Positions 27,738 to 36,950 of a DNA stretch of 64,000 bases are shown here, piece by piece. A program made the translations under genes and the position numbers. Positions within the stretch are counted from its first letter, which is position 1. Every line of letters begins with the position of its first letter. The notes under the pieces were generated by a model. That model saw nothing but the letters and a program-made list of their open reading frames with translations, was not told where the DNA came from and searched no databases. The DNA comes from Fibrobacteria bacterium (GTDB lineage: Bacteria; Fibrobacterota; Fibrobacteria; UBA11236): positions 22,867 to 86,866 of the forward strand of contig JAYTHY010000066.1 in assembly GCA_043732185.1 (NCBI GenBank), written 5' to 3'.

Positions 27738-29968
27738 ACAAGGGAGTGGCAACTTTGCATCACAGATTAGTAATCCTATCGAGCCTTGCCTGTGCCGCCA
27801 TTACTTTGGCCGGAACAAGTCCATATAAACCCCATGCCTATCAGCAGAACGACTGGTTCGCTGAGTATGGGGACAATACTGCCATCTACGTGAATCCGGC
27901 TTCAATCGCCGAGAACGATCAGATCGAAGTGGCAGTGGGTTTATTCCAAACTATTTCCGGAAAAGCTGGCCAAGAATTTATCAGCGCAGTTCATCCTTTC
28001 GACTATAATCATTCTCTAGGGCTTTCCGTATTTGAAAACGGTTCCGCCATCGATGGAAGTAATTCCGTATATTTGGAAAACGCCTATTCTTTGGCCTATG
28101 CTTATCGCATGCCATGGTTTTTTCCAAATGGCATTTCAAATAAACTAGCCTTAGGTGTTAATGCAACTTTGATTCAGTTCAATGCGTTTGGTATTAAGAA
28201 AAGTAACGGTTATGGTGCGGACGTCGGTTTGAGCTATAATCCATTCAGTACTTCCCGCTGGGGCCATTTACAATTGGGCGTTTCGTGGCAAAATGCATTG
28301 CAACCGAAGGTGGAGACTGTTGATGGGAAGTACAAAATTCCAACAAATATCAATACCTCGTTTTTCTGGAGAGGATTCAACCATAGGCTCGAGTTGGCCG
28401 GGTCAGTCAGTATTATTGATTTTGTCCATGACAAAGCGGAAGGGATAAGCGGTGGCAAGGAAATTGTACCCTCGGCGCGCGCTACATACTACCTCAGCCC
28501 GTTGCTAGGTATCAAAGTTAAGTATACGAAACTTGGCTATCCGGTTGTCGGTGCAACAGTAAATGTCAAACGCGTAAACCTTTTCCGCTACTTGCAACTT
28601 GATTTGGATATGTCCCACGACGCCTTTGGTGAGGATCAAGGTCGGGGCTTTATTTGGAATTTTAAGGCAATAACCCGCGTAGGCCCAACCCGTGAAGAGC
28701 GCATTGGTGAAGCTCGGTATAGGCGCCTCAAGATCGAACCTGAAGATGCTTATCGCGAAGCAATGCGATTGTATTTGGCACGAAAATTCCTTTTAGCCTC
28801 CTACGCTTTCGGCAAAGTTATAACCAAATATCCATCTTTCCACTTAGTTGACCAAGCCGCTTTTTATAAAGGCAAGTCTTTTGAAAATCTACGCATGCAC
28901 CAGGCTGCGCGCGATGTCTACGCAGATGCCCTCAAGAGGTATTCCGACTCTGATCAAAGACCTAAGTATATGTTTCAGCTCATGAACATAGACTATAAGG
29001 AAGGCAAGTTTGACGAGGCCACTCGCCGTTATCAAGAGATCACCAATTTGTATCCGGAGTCCGATGTCAAATCGGATGCGGATTATGTAATGGGTCAAAT
29101 GCGCTATATCCAAAAAGATTATCACGGAGCGATTTCGCTTTTGTCACCTATTTTACCCGGGAATTCCAATTTCATTTACGCCCGTTTCACTCTTGGCATG
29201 TCCTACGTCAATATCAAGAAGCCAAAAGAGGCGGAAGCCGCTTTTCAAGACATAATGGAAAGCAAACCTTCCAATTCATCTGAACAGGAAATGAAAGAAG
29301 TGACTGCGGTAAAACTCGGTCATCTTAATTTTGGAAAAGAGCCGCCGCAGCTTGTAAAAGCTGCTGAATTTTATGGTTCCGTTTCCCCCTCAAGTTCAAA
29401 ATATGATGAAGCTTTGCTCGGCCTAGCCTGGTCCTTCATCAAGGTGCAACGATTTAAGGAAGCGCAGGGATATGCAGTAGATATCATTTCAAAAACACCG
29501 AACAGCATGTTGGTGCCAGAAGCCCATCTTCTGCTTGGGTACTGTGCTTATTTCGATAAAGATTATGATAAGTCCATCAAGGAGTTTGATGTCGCGGTCC
29601 AGTTGGCTGAAAAGAAAGCCATTGCCGCATCTGATATTCAGGCCAAGAAAGCGGAAAATATGGCGAACAGCGGGGACTTCCTAACTGTTCAGCGCGAAGC
29701 ACTCTTGCTGTCCAACCAATTGCCAACTCCACGTGTACTTGAAAAGCGTGATGAGCTTCGACCAAAATTTGAAGAGATCCATAAGAAAATCGAGTCGTAT
29801 CTTGAGTTCTTGCGTGAGGTCGAACAAATTGAAAAGTTCCTCGCTAACAAGGATCGCATTATTAAGGATGCCAAGTTTACTAAGGCGACGGTTATCAATA
29901 TCAAGGGTAACTCGAGTGAAAAGCGTGGGCCTTCCCAGCAAGAACTTGAAAACCTGGACGTGAAGTAG
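27734..29968 (+). CDS. Outer-membrane beta-barrel (PorV/FadL-like NPA motif) fused to GltC-like TPR domain
   Basis: Signal peptide, TAIYVNPASI, amphipathic beta-strands (LALGVNATL, GYGADVGLSY, LQLGVSWQN), then about 400 aa of TPRs including KYDEALLGLAWSF and PEAHLLLGY. Confidence 0.65.
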   Translation: MNKGVATLHHRLVILSSLACAAITLAGTSPYKPHAYQQNDWFAEYGDNTAIYVNPASIAENDQIEVAVGLFQTISGKAGQEFISAVHPFDYNHSLGLSVFENGSAIDGSNSVYLENAYSLAYAYRMPWFFPNGISNKLALGVNATLIQFNAFGIKKSNGYGADVGLSYNPFSTSRWGHLQLGVSWQNALQPKVETVDGKYKIPTNINTSFFWRGFNHRLELAGSVSIIDFVHDKAEGISGGKEIVPSARATYYLSPLLGIKVKYTKLGYPVVGATVNVKRVNLFRYLQLDLDMSHDAFGEDQGRGFIWNFKAITRVGPTREERIGEARYRRLKIEPEDAYREAMRLYLARKFLLASYAFGKVITKYPSFHLVDQAAFYKGKSFENLRMHQAARDVYADALKRYSDSDQRPKYMFQLMNIDYKEGKFDEATRRYQEITNLYPESDVKSDADYVMGQMRYIQKDYHGAISLLSPILPGNSNFIYARFTLGMSYVNIKKPKEAEAAFQDIMESKPSNSSEQEMKEVTAVKLGHLNFGKEPPQLVKAAEFYGSVSPSSSKYDEALLGLAWSFIKVQRFKEAQGYAVDIISKTPNSMLVPEAHLLLGYCAYFDKDYDKSIKEFDVAVQLAEKKAIAASDIQAKKAENMANSGDFLTVQREALLLSNQLPTPRVLEKRDELRPKFEEIHKKIESYLEFLREVEQIEKFLANKDRIIKDAKFTKATVINIKGNSSEKRGPSQQELENLDVK

Positions 29969-29996
29969 AAGCCATTCTGGCATTCAAGAGCTAAAC

Positions 29997-32900
29997 ATGG
30001 AGACCTTCGTGCTAAAATCGAAAACTGTCCTGAAAATCGCTTTGGCTGGCACATTCGCCTTATTGGCCGCTTCGCAAATTTTTGCCGATGGCAAGTTGAA
30101 TGAGCTTAAAAAACGAAAAATGGACCTCGATCAGGCTGCAGCTAAGTGCGATGCTATGTCTGACGAAGCGAATCGAGCAGAGTGCAATGTTAAGCGTCAA
30201 AAAAAGGTGGAAGAGTACCGTCAGGATCTCAGTCGGTATAAGACCGACTTGGCAATGGAACAATCTAAGGCGTCACAAAAACAGGTAAAGGATAATCCAG
30301 AAGATTTCGGAAGTAAAATTTCAAATCGGCAACAGAGTATTAAAGAGTTTCAGGATTATGTAAATAGCTGTACTGAAAAAACGGACCGATGTGCCTCAGC
30401 GCTTTTCCAGGTGGCCAATCTAACCTATCAAAATGAAGAAGATTCCTTTCTACTTATACAATCAAAATTCGAAAAGGACATTGCTTACTGGGAGGACCAT
30501 GATAAACGTGGTTCTGAACCGATAGCACCTCACCGGGATCATAAAAAATCGATCGGCTATTTTGAAAAATTCCTAAAGGAATATCCAAATCATCGTCAGG
30601 TTCCTGAAGCATTGGTTCGCACCGCTTTTATAGCGGATATGCTTGGTAATGAAGATCGCGCGTACGAATACCTTAATTTGCTAGTAACACGGTATCCTGA
30701 TCATCCCTTAAATATTCAAGCAAGGCTCCGATTGGGTGAGTATTGGTTGCTGAAGCGTAAATATGCAAAGGCAATTGAACAGTATGAAAAAGTACCGATG
30801 GATTATCCTGGCAACGAAAGCGGATTGGCACTTTATCATCGCGCTGAGGCGTACTATAATCTTGCTGATTTTGAAAATGCTGCAAAATGGTATTTTGAAT
30901 ACGTCAGCCGTGCTGATGCCGGTAAACTAAAAGGTGACCTTCGCGATGAGGCTATGTCCTTCATGGGGGCAAGTTGGGCCGATATGGATAATGGTTTTGA
31001 AGTCGCGGAAAAATTTCTCAGCTCAAAAGGCCACCCCAGCTGGGAAAAGGATGTCTATTTTGAAATTGGCATGAAGAATAAGGGTCATGATCGATTGGAT
31101 GAAGCTGTTAAAGCCTTCAAGTTTTTACTGGAACGGGATCCAACGTATCCAAAGGCACCTATAGCTGATTTGAATATTGTTGAAATCCTGGTTCTTCAAA
31201 AAAAGGCTGAGCAAGCGCAGGAAGCGCGAATGGAGTTAGTCAAACGTTACGAGAATGGTTCCGATTGGTCACGAAAAAATTCAGGCAATTCCGCTGCAAA
31301 AGCAGAAGCTCAGGCTGCCATTAAGCAAGCCATGTATCACATTCCGGTCTACTACCATCAAAAAGGTGATGAGGGAAAAGGCGATCCAGACATGCTCAGA
31401 AAGGCGGAGGAACAATATCGAAATTACCTCAGCAGGTACAGTAATGAAAACTCATGGGACGTATACCAGGTTCATCAAAATATTGCGGTATTGTATAACA
31501 AGCTTAAAGAATTCAAAAAGTCATCCATAGAATGGCAATGGTGTGCTTCCGCTAATACAGATCGGTTTGGAAAATTGCCTTCTGATAAAAAGGATATAGT
31601 TACCAAGGCCGATGCCGCATATAACGCGGTACTAATGATGGACGAGTATCGTAAAGAAGCCATAAAAGGATTTAAAGATGACAAGGTGGCTGCTTTTAAT
31701 ACCCAGGAAACGCGCGATTATTTTTCTGCAGTTAACAATTATATGACCGCCTTCGGAAACTCTAATTCAGCACCGGAACTAGCATACAATGCTGCTTTTA
31801 TCGAATACGAAGCCAAACAGTATACGGTGGCAATTAAGAGCTTAAATCAGTTGGTAGAAAAGTTTCCAAAACATGAGCATACAATATTGATTCGCCGTGC
31901 CTTGGCGCAAAGTCTGCTAGAAAATGGACAATATGATTTGGCTGAAAAACAGTTCACTGTCCTAAAATCAAATATCTGTCCATCTGGAAAAGAATGTGCG
32001 GAAATCAAAAAGGCTCTTGCATCAACGGTATTCAAACAGGCCGATAGCAAGGCGAAGGCCGGGGACCATGGTGGTTCTGCTACAAAATATTTACAGCTAG
32101 CTAAGGATTTCCGTGATGTGGACATCGCTGACAAAGCACTTTTTGAGGCTGGAGTCAATTATGATTCCGCTGGCAATACAGATGAGGCCGTTCGTACCTT
32201 ACTCCGTATTCATGCTGAGTATCCAAAGTCTGAACTTCGCATCAAATCCATTCTGAGGGCTGCTTCTATATATATGGCCAAGTCCAAGTTCCGTCAAGCC
32301 GCGGAAACGTTTTTGCTCATTCAGAGAAACTATCCTGACGATTCACTCGGTATCCAATCTATTGCTTGGGCTGCCGATGCATACGAAAAGGTACCGGATG
32401 CCCACCATGCGGGACAAACCTATGAATCCGCTTTTCGATTATATCCGGTTAACGTGAAAACTCCAGTTTATCTTTATAATGCCGGTCAATTATATGAAAA
32501 CGGAAAAGAATATGGCGACGCGATTGCGGTTTATAAACTTATTGGGGATAAATTTTCAAAAAGTTCGTACGCCATAGAGGCTGTGTTTTCCGTGGCACTC
32601 CTTTATGAGAAGAAAGGCGATTTTGCAAAATCTGCGGATGCTTACGAAGATTTTATTAAAGCATTTGAGGGTGATAAGAACAAAGTTATACGGGCACACT
32701 TAGGGGCCGGTACAAATTATGAATCTCTTGATAAAGAAGATAAGGCCATTGAACATTACATTAAGACCATTGCTATTCAGAAAAAAGACGGAGAAGTGGC
32801 TGCAATTTCGCCTTCGATTGCAGCTGAGGCCGCATATCGTGCGGGTGATATTTATTATCGCAGAATTAAAAAAACCCGGCTGGATGGTACTAAAGCCCAA

Positions 32901-33554
32901 AATGGCAAGCGCGCAACGGAAATGAACAAGAATCTTTTGCCAGCCATTCAATATTTTGCCAAAGCAGTGGAAATGTCCGAAGAGGAGTGGACCTTGCGTT
33001 CGACGATGCGCATGGGCGACTTGTTCTTCGCTATTGCATCTATTTCCGACAATGAGCGCACTGCTGGATTGTCCGCCGATGACCGGGTTCGCGCTACATT
33101 GGAAAGCAAAGCTGGAATACCAGGTTATCTTGAAAAGGCTGTGGAGCTTTATAAGAAAAATTTAGAAATCGCCAATAACCAGGGGATTGAAAGCCCATGG
33201 ATTGATAGCTCTGGTATCCGTTTGATGGAAGCGTACGGCTTTAAAGGTGGTGCCCTTGAAGAGGTGAGCGCACTTTTTCTTAAGGTGCCATTACCAAAAT
33301 CTGCTACTCAGGTAGATCGTGATCAATTCAAGCAAGCGTCCGATGAAAGCAAGGAAAAGGCTATTAATAATTACAAGGAAGCACTTCTCGCCTCTCAAAA
33401 TTATTATCTAGATAATCAGCCCCGAAAAAAAATTGTGACTCGCCTTCGGGAACTACAACCGGATGCTCCCGAATTAAACATCCAGGTTAGCCCACGCCCA
33501 AAGGCTGCGACTCCCGTTACACAAGGTGCCGCCAACGGTCAAACTAAGGAATAA
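29997..33554 (+). CDS. Large periplasmic TPR protein, GltD/AgmU-like
   Basis: Signal peptide, N-terminal coiled coil, and many TPRs with 'L..YP' turns over about 1100 aa. Context is upstream of an ExbB/ExbD/ExbD/TonB-like set. Alternative start GTG 30009. Confidence 0.7.
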   Translation: METFVLKSKTVLKIALAGTFALLAASQIFADGKLNELKKRKMDLDQAAAKCDAMSDEANRAECNVKRQKKVEEYRQDLSRYKTDLAMEQSKASQKQVKDNPEDFGSKISNRQQSIKEFQDYVNSCTEKTDRCASALFQVANLTYQNEEDSFLLIQSKFEKDIAYWEDHDKRGSEPIAPHRDHKKSIGYFEKFLKEYPNHRQVPEALVRTAFIADMLGNEDRAYEYLNLLVTRYPDHPLNIQARLRLGEYWLLKRKYAKAIEQYEKVPMDYPGNESGLALYHRAEAYYNLADFENAAKWYFEYVSRADAGKLKGDLRDEAMSFMGASWADMDNGFEVAEKFLSSKGHPSWEKDVYFEIGMKNKGHDRLDEAVKAFKFLLERDPTYPKAPIADLNIVEILVLQKKAEQAQEARMELVKRYENGSDWSRKNSGNSAAKAEAQAAIKQAMYHIPVYYHQKGDEGKGDPDMLRKAEEQYRNYLSRYSNENSWDVYQVHQNIAVLYNKLKEFKKSSIEWQWCASANTDRFGKLPSDKKDIVTKADAAYNAVLMMDEYRKEAIKGFKDDKVAAFNTQETRDYFSAVNNYMTAFGNSNSAPELAYNAAFIEYEAKQYTVAIKSLNQLVEKFPKHEHTILIRRALAQSLLENGQYDLAEKQFTVLKSNICPSGKECAEIKKALASTVFKQADSKAKAGDHGGSATKYLQLAKDFRDVDIADKALFEAGVNYDSAGNTDEAVRTLLRIHAEYPKSELRIKSILRAASIYMAKSKFRQAAETFLLIQRNYPDDSLGIQSIAWAADAYEKVPDAHHAGQTYESAFRLYPVNVKTPVYLYNAGQLYENGKEYGDAIAVYKLIGDKFSKSSYAIEAVFSVALLYEKKGDFAKSADAYEDFIKAFEGDKNKVIRAHLGAGTNYESLDKEDKAIEHYIKTIAIQKKDGEVAAISPSIAAEAAYRAGDIYYRRIKKTRLDGTKAQNGKRATEMNKNLLPAIQYFAKAVEMSEEEWTLRSTMRMGDLFFAIASISDNERTAGLSADDRVRATLESKAGIPGYLEKAVELYKKNLEIANNQGIESPWIDSSGIRLMEAYGFKGGALEEVSALFLKVPLPKSATQVDRDQFKQASDESKEKAINNYKEALLASQNYYLDNQPRKKIVTRLRELQPDAPELNIQVSPRPKAATPVTQGAANGQTKE

Positions 33555-33959
33555 CGACTATTCTGAACTTTGTTCGAAACTTCTTTATAACGGGAATTCT
33601 GCCATTCTTCTTAAAACCGGGACGCCGGCCAATCCTTTCACAATGGCCCTCTGTCCAAGGTTTCTTTTAGGACGATTGTCTTGGATAGTGCATGGCTCTG
33701 GCAGGGTTTGGATTGCAATTCCCTTAAACCTTCGTACTCAAGCCTGGAAAATGTTCCGAAACAAGCCATAAATATCCTTAAAAATACTGGATAAATGCGC
33801 TGCGGAAAATTATTTCTTGAGGTATCTTTCTTCAGGACGCAAAAGGCTAAATTGAGGTCTTTTGAATCAGTTCAAACAGTAGTGACAGCTAATGCTGCTA
33901 TGCTGGATGGCTGAGTACTGGCTGAAACCCATTCACGAATTTAAGAGAGAGGATATAAG

Positions 33960-34571
33960 ATGGAACTGATTTTGAAAGGCTTTCAAGGCGAGGGCAAATT
34001 TTACATGTCGTTGATTATGATCCTGGGGATTATTTCCTTAGCTATCATCGCTGAGCGCTTCTATTACATCTACGTTAAATCCTCTGCGGGTCGGGCTAAT
34101 TTCATGCGCAATATTGCGCAGTTGTTGCAAGGTGGACGTATTGCTGAAGCTGGACATTTGGCTGCCAGTCAGAATTTTCCGTTGGCGAAAATCATCTCCG
34201 CTGTTTTGCAGAATAAAGCAAAAGGTCAGTCTGCAATTGAAAAAGCCGTAGACGAAGTCTACTTGACTGAAGCACCGCGTATTAACCGCTATTTAAACCT
34301 GTTGCCAGCGTTTGCGAATATTGCGATGCTATGCGGCCTTCTCGGCACCATCTTTGGTCTGATTATGGCCTTTGACGCCGTGGCCAATTTGCCTGCTGCG
34401 CAACGTCCTGCCGCTTTGGCCAATGGTATTTCCATCGTTATGGTGAATACCTGGTCTGGTCTCGCCACCGCAATTCCTATTCTACTATTCCACGGTTTGC
34501 TGGCTATGCAGTCCGAACGTTTACAGGAAGAGATGGAAGAAAAGGCTGTAAAGGTGATGAACCTCCTCTAA
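33960..34571 (+). CDS. MotA/TolQ/ExbB proton channel protein, AglR-like
   Basis: Three TM helices, IIAERF, ANIAMLCGLLGTIFGLI, AFDAVA and LANGISIVMVNTWSGLATAIP. Confidence 0.9.
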   Translation: MELILKGFQGEGKFYMSLIMILGIISLAIIAERFYYIYVKSSAGRANFMRNIAQLLQGGRIAEAGHLAASQNFPLAKIISAVLQNKAKGQSAIEKAVDEVYLTEAPRINRYLNLLPAFANIAMLCGLLGTIFGLIMAFDAVANLPAAQRPAALANGISIVMVNTWSGLATAIPILLFHGLLAMQSERLQEEMEEKAVKVMNLL

Positions 34572-34627
34572 GATTTGGTTTGATGGGAGCAGAAATGTTC
34601 CCGTCTCCATATCAGGAAGGCTAGGCA

Positions 34628-35440
34628 ATGAAAAAAGCAAAAACAAAAAAACACAAGAACAAAGAGCTGGACCTTATTCCGGTCATGAACCTCTTTTCTA
34701 TTCTCGTGGTTACGGTTATATCCATGGCCCAATTCGAGAAGCTCGGTGTTCTCGAGCTTTGGTTGCCGGAGCGTGGACCAGCCAACGCAGAACAGCAAAA
34801 GGTTGATATTGATGAAGGCCTGCTTAATCTTACCGTAGTCATAACCAACACTGGCGTAACTATTGGTGCAGCCGGTGGTTTTCAGCCGACCATATACTAT
34901 CAAGAAGAAGTTGAGTATCGTAGTCGCTCGGATCAGCACGTATTCCGCAAGGTTTGGGTGCCTGGCGAGGTGGTTAAGTCTCCAACAGATGGAAAGCTGA
35001 TGTCACCGTATGAACGGGAAACTATCATGCTGAATTCGGTTGTGAAAAAGGACTCGGCGGATCCCGGTACGTATCAATATGCCGCCATCGATGTTGAAGG
35101 CAATGCGATGATGGATACTGCTGGTCATTGGTACCCAACAATTCCTCCAACCGGTGCTTTGTACCGTGTTGTGGGCGATCAGACGGTTAAGAAAATGGAT
35201 CCACGTTCGGCGTCATTCTGCAAGGTCGAAAAGCTTTCTGCCTATCAGGAAGTTGCCAAAACCTTGGAGTCGATTCACATGCTTTACAGTCAGCGGGATC
35301 CCCTTCCCTCTGATGTGGATGATGTTGTCATCCTCGCGGATGAAAGCGTCATTTACGACAAGATCATTCAGATGATGGATGCATGTAAAGCTGCCGGTTT
35401 TGACCGTGTCGCTCTTTCCTTAATTGGAGGTGCTGTCTAA
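34628..35440 (+). CDS. ExbD/TolR family protein, AglQ-like, with Asn at the conserved TM Asp and a large periplasmic insertion
   Basis: ELDLIPVMNLFSILV TM, LNLTVVIT, and VVILADESVIYDKIIQMMDACKAAGF C-terminus. 270 aa long. Confidence 0.85.
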   Translation: MKKAKTKKHKNKELDLIPVMNLFSILVVTVISMAQFEKLGVLELWLPERGPANAEQQKVDIDEGLLNLTVVITNTGVTIGAAGGFQPTIYYQEEVEYRSRSDQHVFRKVWVPGEVVKSPTDGKLMSPYERETIMLNSVVKKDSADPGTYQYAAIDVEGNAMMDTAGHWYPTIPPTGALYRVVGDQTVKKMDPRSASFCKVEKLSAYQEVAKTLESIHMLYSQRDPLPSDVDDVVILADESVIYDKIIQMMDACKAAGFDRVALSLIGGAV

Positions 35441-35928
35441 TGGCCCGTCGTAAAATTAAAAGACAACATGAAGCCGGTCTTATCATTACTTCGCTCATTG
35501 ACGTTTTTGTAATCGTATTAGTGTTTTTGATGCGCACAGTGTCCTCTGAGGGCAATTTGATGACTTCGGCGGACAACCTTGTGTTGCCAATGTCACAGCG
35601 CTCCAAATCGCCTACGGAAGTTTCACTTGCCATAATTGGTGATGAAAAAAACATTACCGTTGATGATAAGGTGTTGATCAATACTGCGGAAGTTCGTAAG
35701 CAGGATAGCCTGGTCGTTAAGCCCGTGCTTGACGTATTGCTTAAAAAGCGTGACGAAGAACGTAAGGCGGAAGTGCTTGGCATTATCAAGGAGGCTACCG
35801 GAAAAGTGGTTGTCCAGTTTGACAAGAATACGCCATACGATATCATCACAAAAATCATGGCGACGTGTGGCTATGCAGGTTATACCAACATTAAGTTCGC
35901 AGTCACCAAGAAAAATGAGGAGGGCTAG
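35440..35928 (+). CDS. ExbD/TolR family protein, AglS-like
   Basis: GLIITSLIDVFVIVLVFLMR TM with the Asp retained, LVLPMS, and VVVQFDKNTPYDIITKIMATCGYAGYTNIKFAV. Confidence 0.9.
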   Translation: MARRKIKRQHEAGLIITSLIDVFVIVLVFLMRTVSSEGNLMTSADNLVLPMSQRSKSPTEVSLAIIGDEKNITVDDKVLINTAEVRKQDSLVVKPVLDVLLKKRDEERKAEVLGIIKEATGKVVVQFDKNTPYDIITKIMATCGYAGYTNIKFAVTKKNEEG

Positions 35929-36888
35929 ATGGCGCAAGACACGATGTCTCCGCAAATGGGTGGAGGTAGCGATCCCATTCTCGCAAAGATGGAAGTGGAA
36001 TCAGATAAACGTCTTGCCAAGTTCTTAGGTGTTTTCGCCATTATCGGAGCAGGCGTAATTGGATATGCCTTGACTGTTGAAGTGGCAATACCGATGGCCC
36101 TTTATTCTTCGACCAAAGATGATACATCAAAAGTTGTTATGAAATTGGCTGAAGTCGAGAAAAAGGAAGAAGATAAGAAGAAAAAGAATGCTCCTCCTAA
36201 GCCTCGGAAAAAGTCCGGTGGCGGGGGCAAGCCACGTGGAAAGGGCGATCCTAAGGCGCCTATCACGCAAGCCGCTTTAAAGCTTATCACTTCACGGACA
36301 TCTTCCTCTTCCTTGTCCAGTTACGATCTTCTGAATCAGAAGTTCGCAAAGGATTTGGACAAGGTCATGAACAATGTTGCTGGTCTCACAAAAACTGGGC
36401 AGACCCGGTTGGGTGGTCGTCGAGGTAAAACAGATGGCGCCTGGAATGAAGGCTATGCAGTTGGTGGTTCGGGTGGGGTAGATGATTTATTAGGTGGTTT
36501 GTGGGGTGGAGACGCAGGTCCTCTTGGTGTTAAAGCCAAGGGTGGTTTGGGTCTAAAGGCCCCCTCTGCATCGGATATTGACATGGGTCAGGAAAGTGGA
36601 CAACGTTCAACGGAGTCCATTCTCCGCGTGATCCGTCAGCATACTCCTGGCCTGCGCCATACTTATAATAAATACCTTAAAACCAACCCTGGATTTAAGG
36701 GTAAGGTTACCCTCAAGTTTTCCATTGCCCCAAGTGGTGGCATTGTTGAACTGACTATTGTGGGCACCACAACCGGCATTGCAGAATTTGATCAAGAAGT
36801 ACGCGACAAGGTCAAAGAATGGCGATTCGAGCCCATTAAGGGTAAAGCCAATGACGTGGTGACGGTTCCGTTTACTTTCTCTGAATAG
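35929..36888 (+). CDS. TonB-like protein with AgmX/PglI (GltG/GltJ-type) C-terminal domain
   Basis: Single TM, Lys/Gly-rich linker, and C-terminal RSTESILRVIRQHTPGLRHTYNKYLKTNPGFKGKVTLKFSIAPSG…WRF…VTVPFTF. Confidence 0.85.
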   Translation: MAQDTMSPQMGGGSDPILAKMEVESDKRLAKFLGVFAIIGAGVIGYALTVEVAIPMALYSSTKDDTSKVVMKLAEVEKKEEDKKKKNAPPKPRKKSGGGGKPRGKGDPKAPITQAALKLITSRTSSSSLSSYDLLNQKFAKDLDKVMNNVAGLTKTGQTRLGGRRGKTDGAWNEGYAVGGSGGVDDLLGGLWGGDAGPLGVKAKGGLGLKAPSASDIDMGQESGQRSTESILRVIRQHTPGLRHTYNKYLKTNPGFKGKVTLKFSIAPSGGIVELTIVGTTTGIAEFDQEVRDKVKEWRFEPIKGKANDVVTVPFTFSE

Positions 36889-36910
36889 AACGGATTTCAA
36901 GTATTTTTTT

Positions 36911-36946
36911 AACCCATGCTCTTCCCAGAGCATGGGTTTTTCTTTT
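36911..36946 (+). terminator. Rho-independent terminator after the Agl-Glt-like cluster
   Basis: Stem AACCCATGCTCT / AGAGCATGGGTT followed by a T-rich tract. Confidence 0.85.
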
Positions 36947-36950
36947 GGTA

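Noticed and set aside
26874..27752. 292-aa antisense ORF, and similar shadow ORFs opposite gap, pgk, ilvD, fbaA and the Ig protein gene
   Set aside because: They lie wholly antisense to well-supported genes, have no motifs, and are explained by codon bias.
33699..33717. Sigma54 promoter (TGGCAG…TTGCA)
   Set aside because: The GG-to-GC spacing is 13 nt rather than the required 10.
33526..33771. 81-aa ORF in the gap after the large TPR gene
   Set aside because: It has no convincing RBS or motif and overlaps the upstream gene end, so it cannot be supported as a gltF-like gene.
33960..36888. Ordinary TonB-ExbBD uptake or Tol-Pal locus
   Set aside because: There is no TonB-dependent receptor, tolB or pal. 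Two dissimilar ExbDs and an AgmX/PglI-type tail fit an Agl-like motor better, pending phylogeny.
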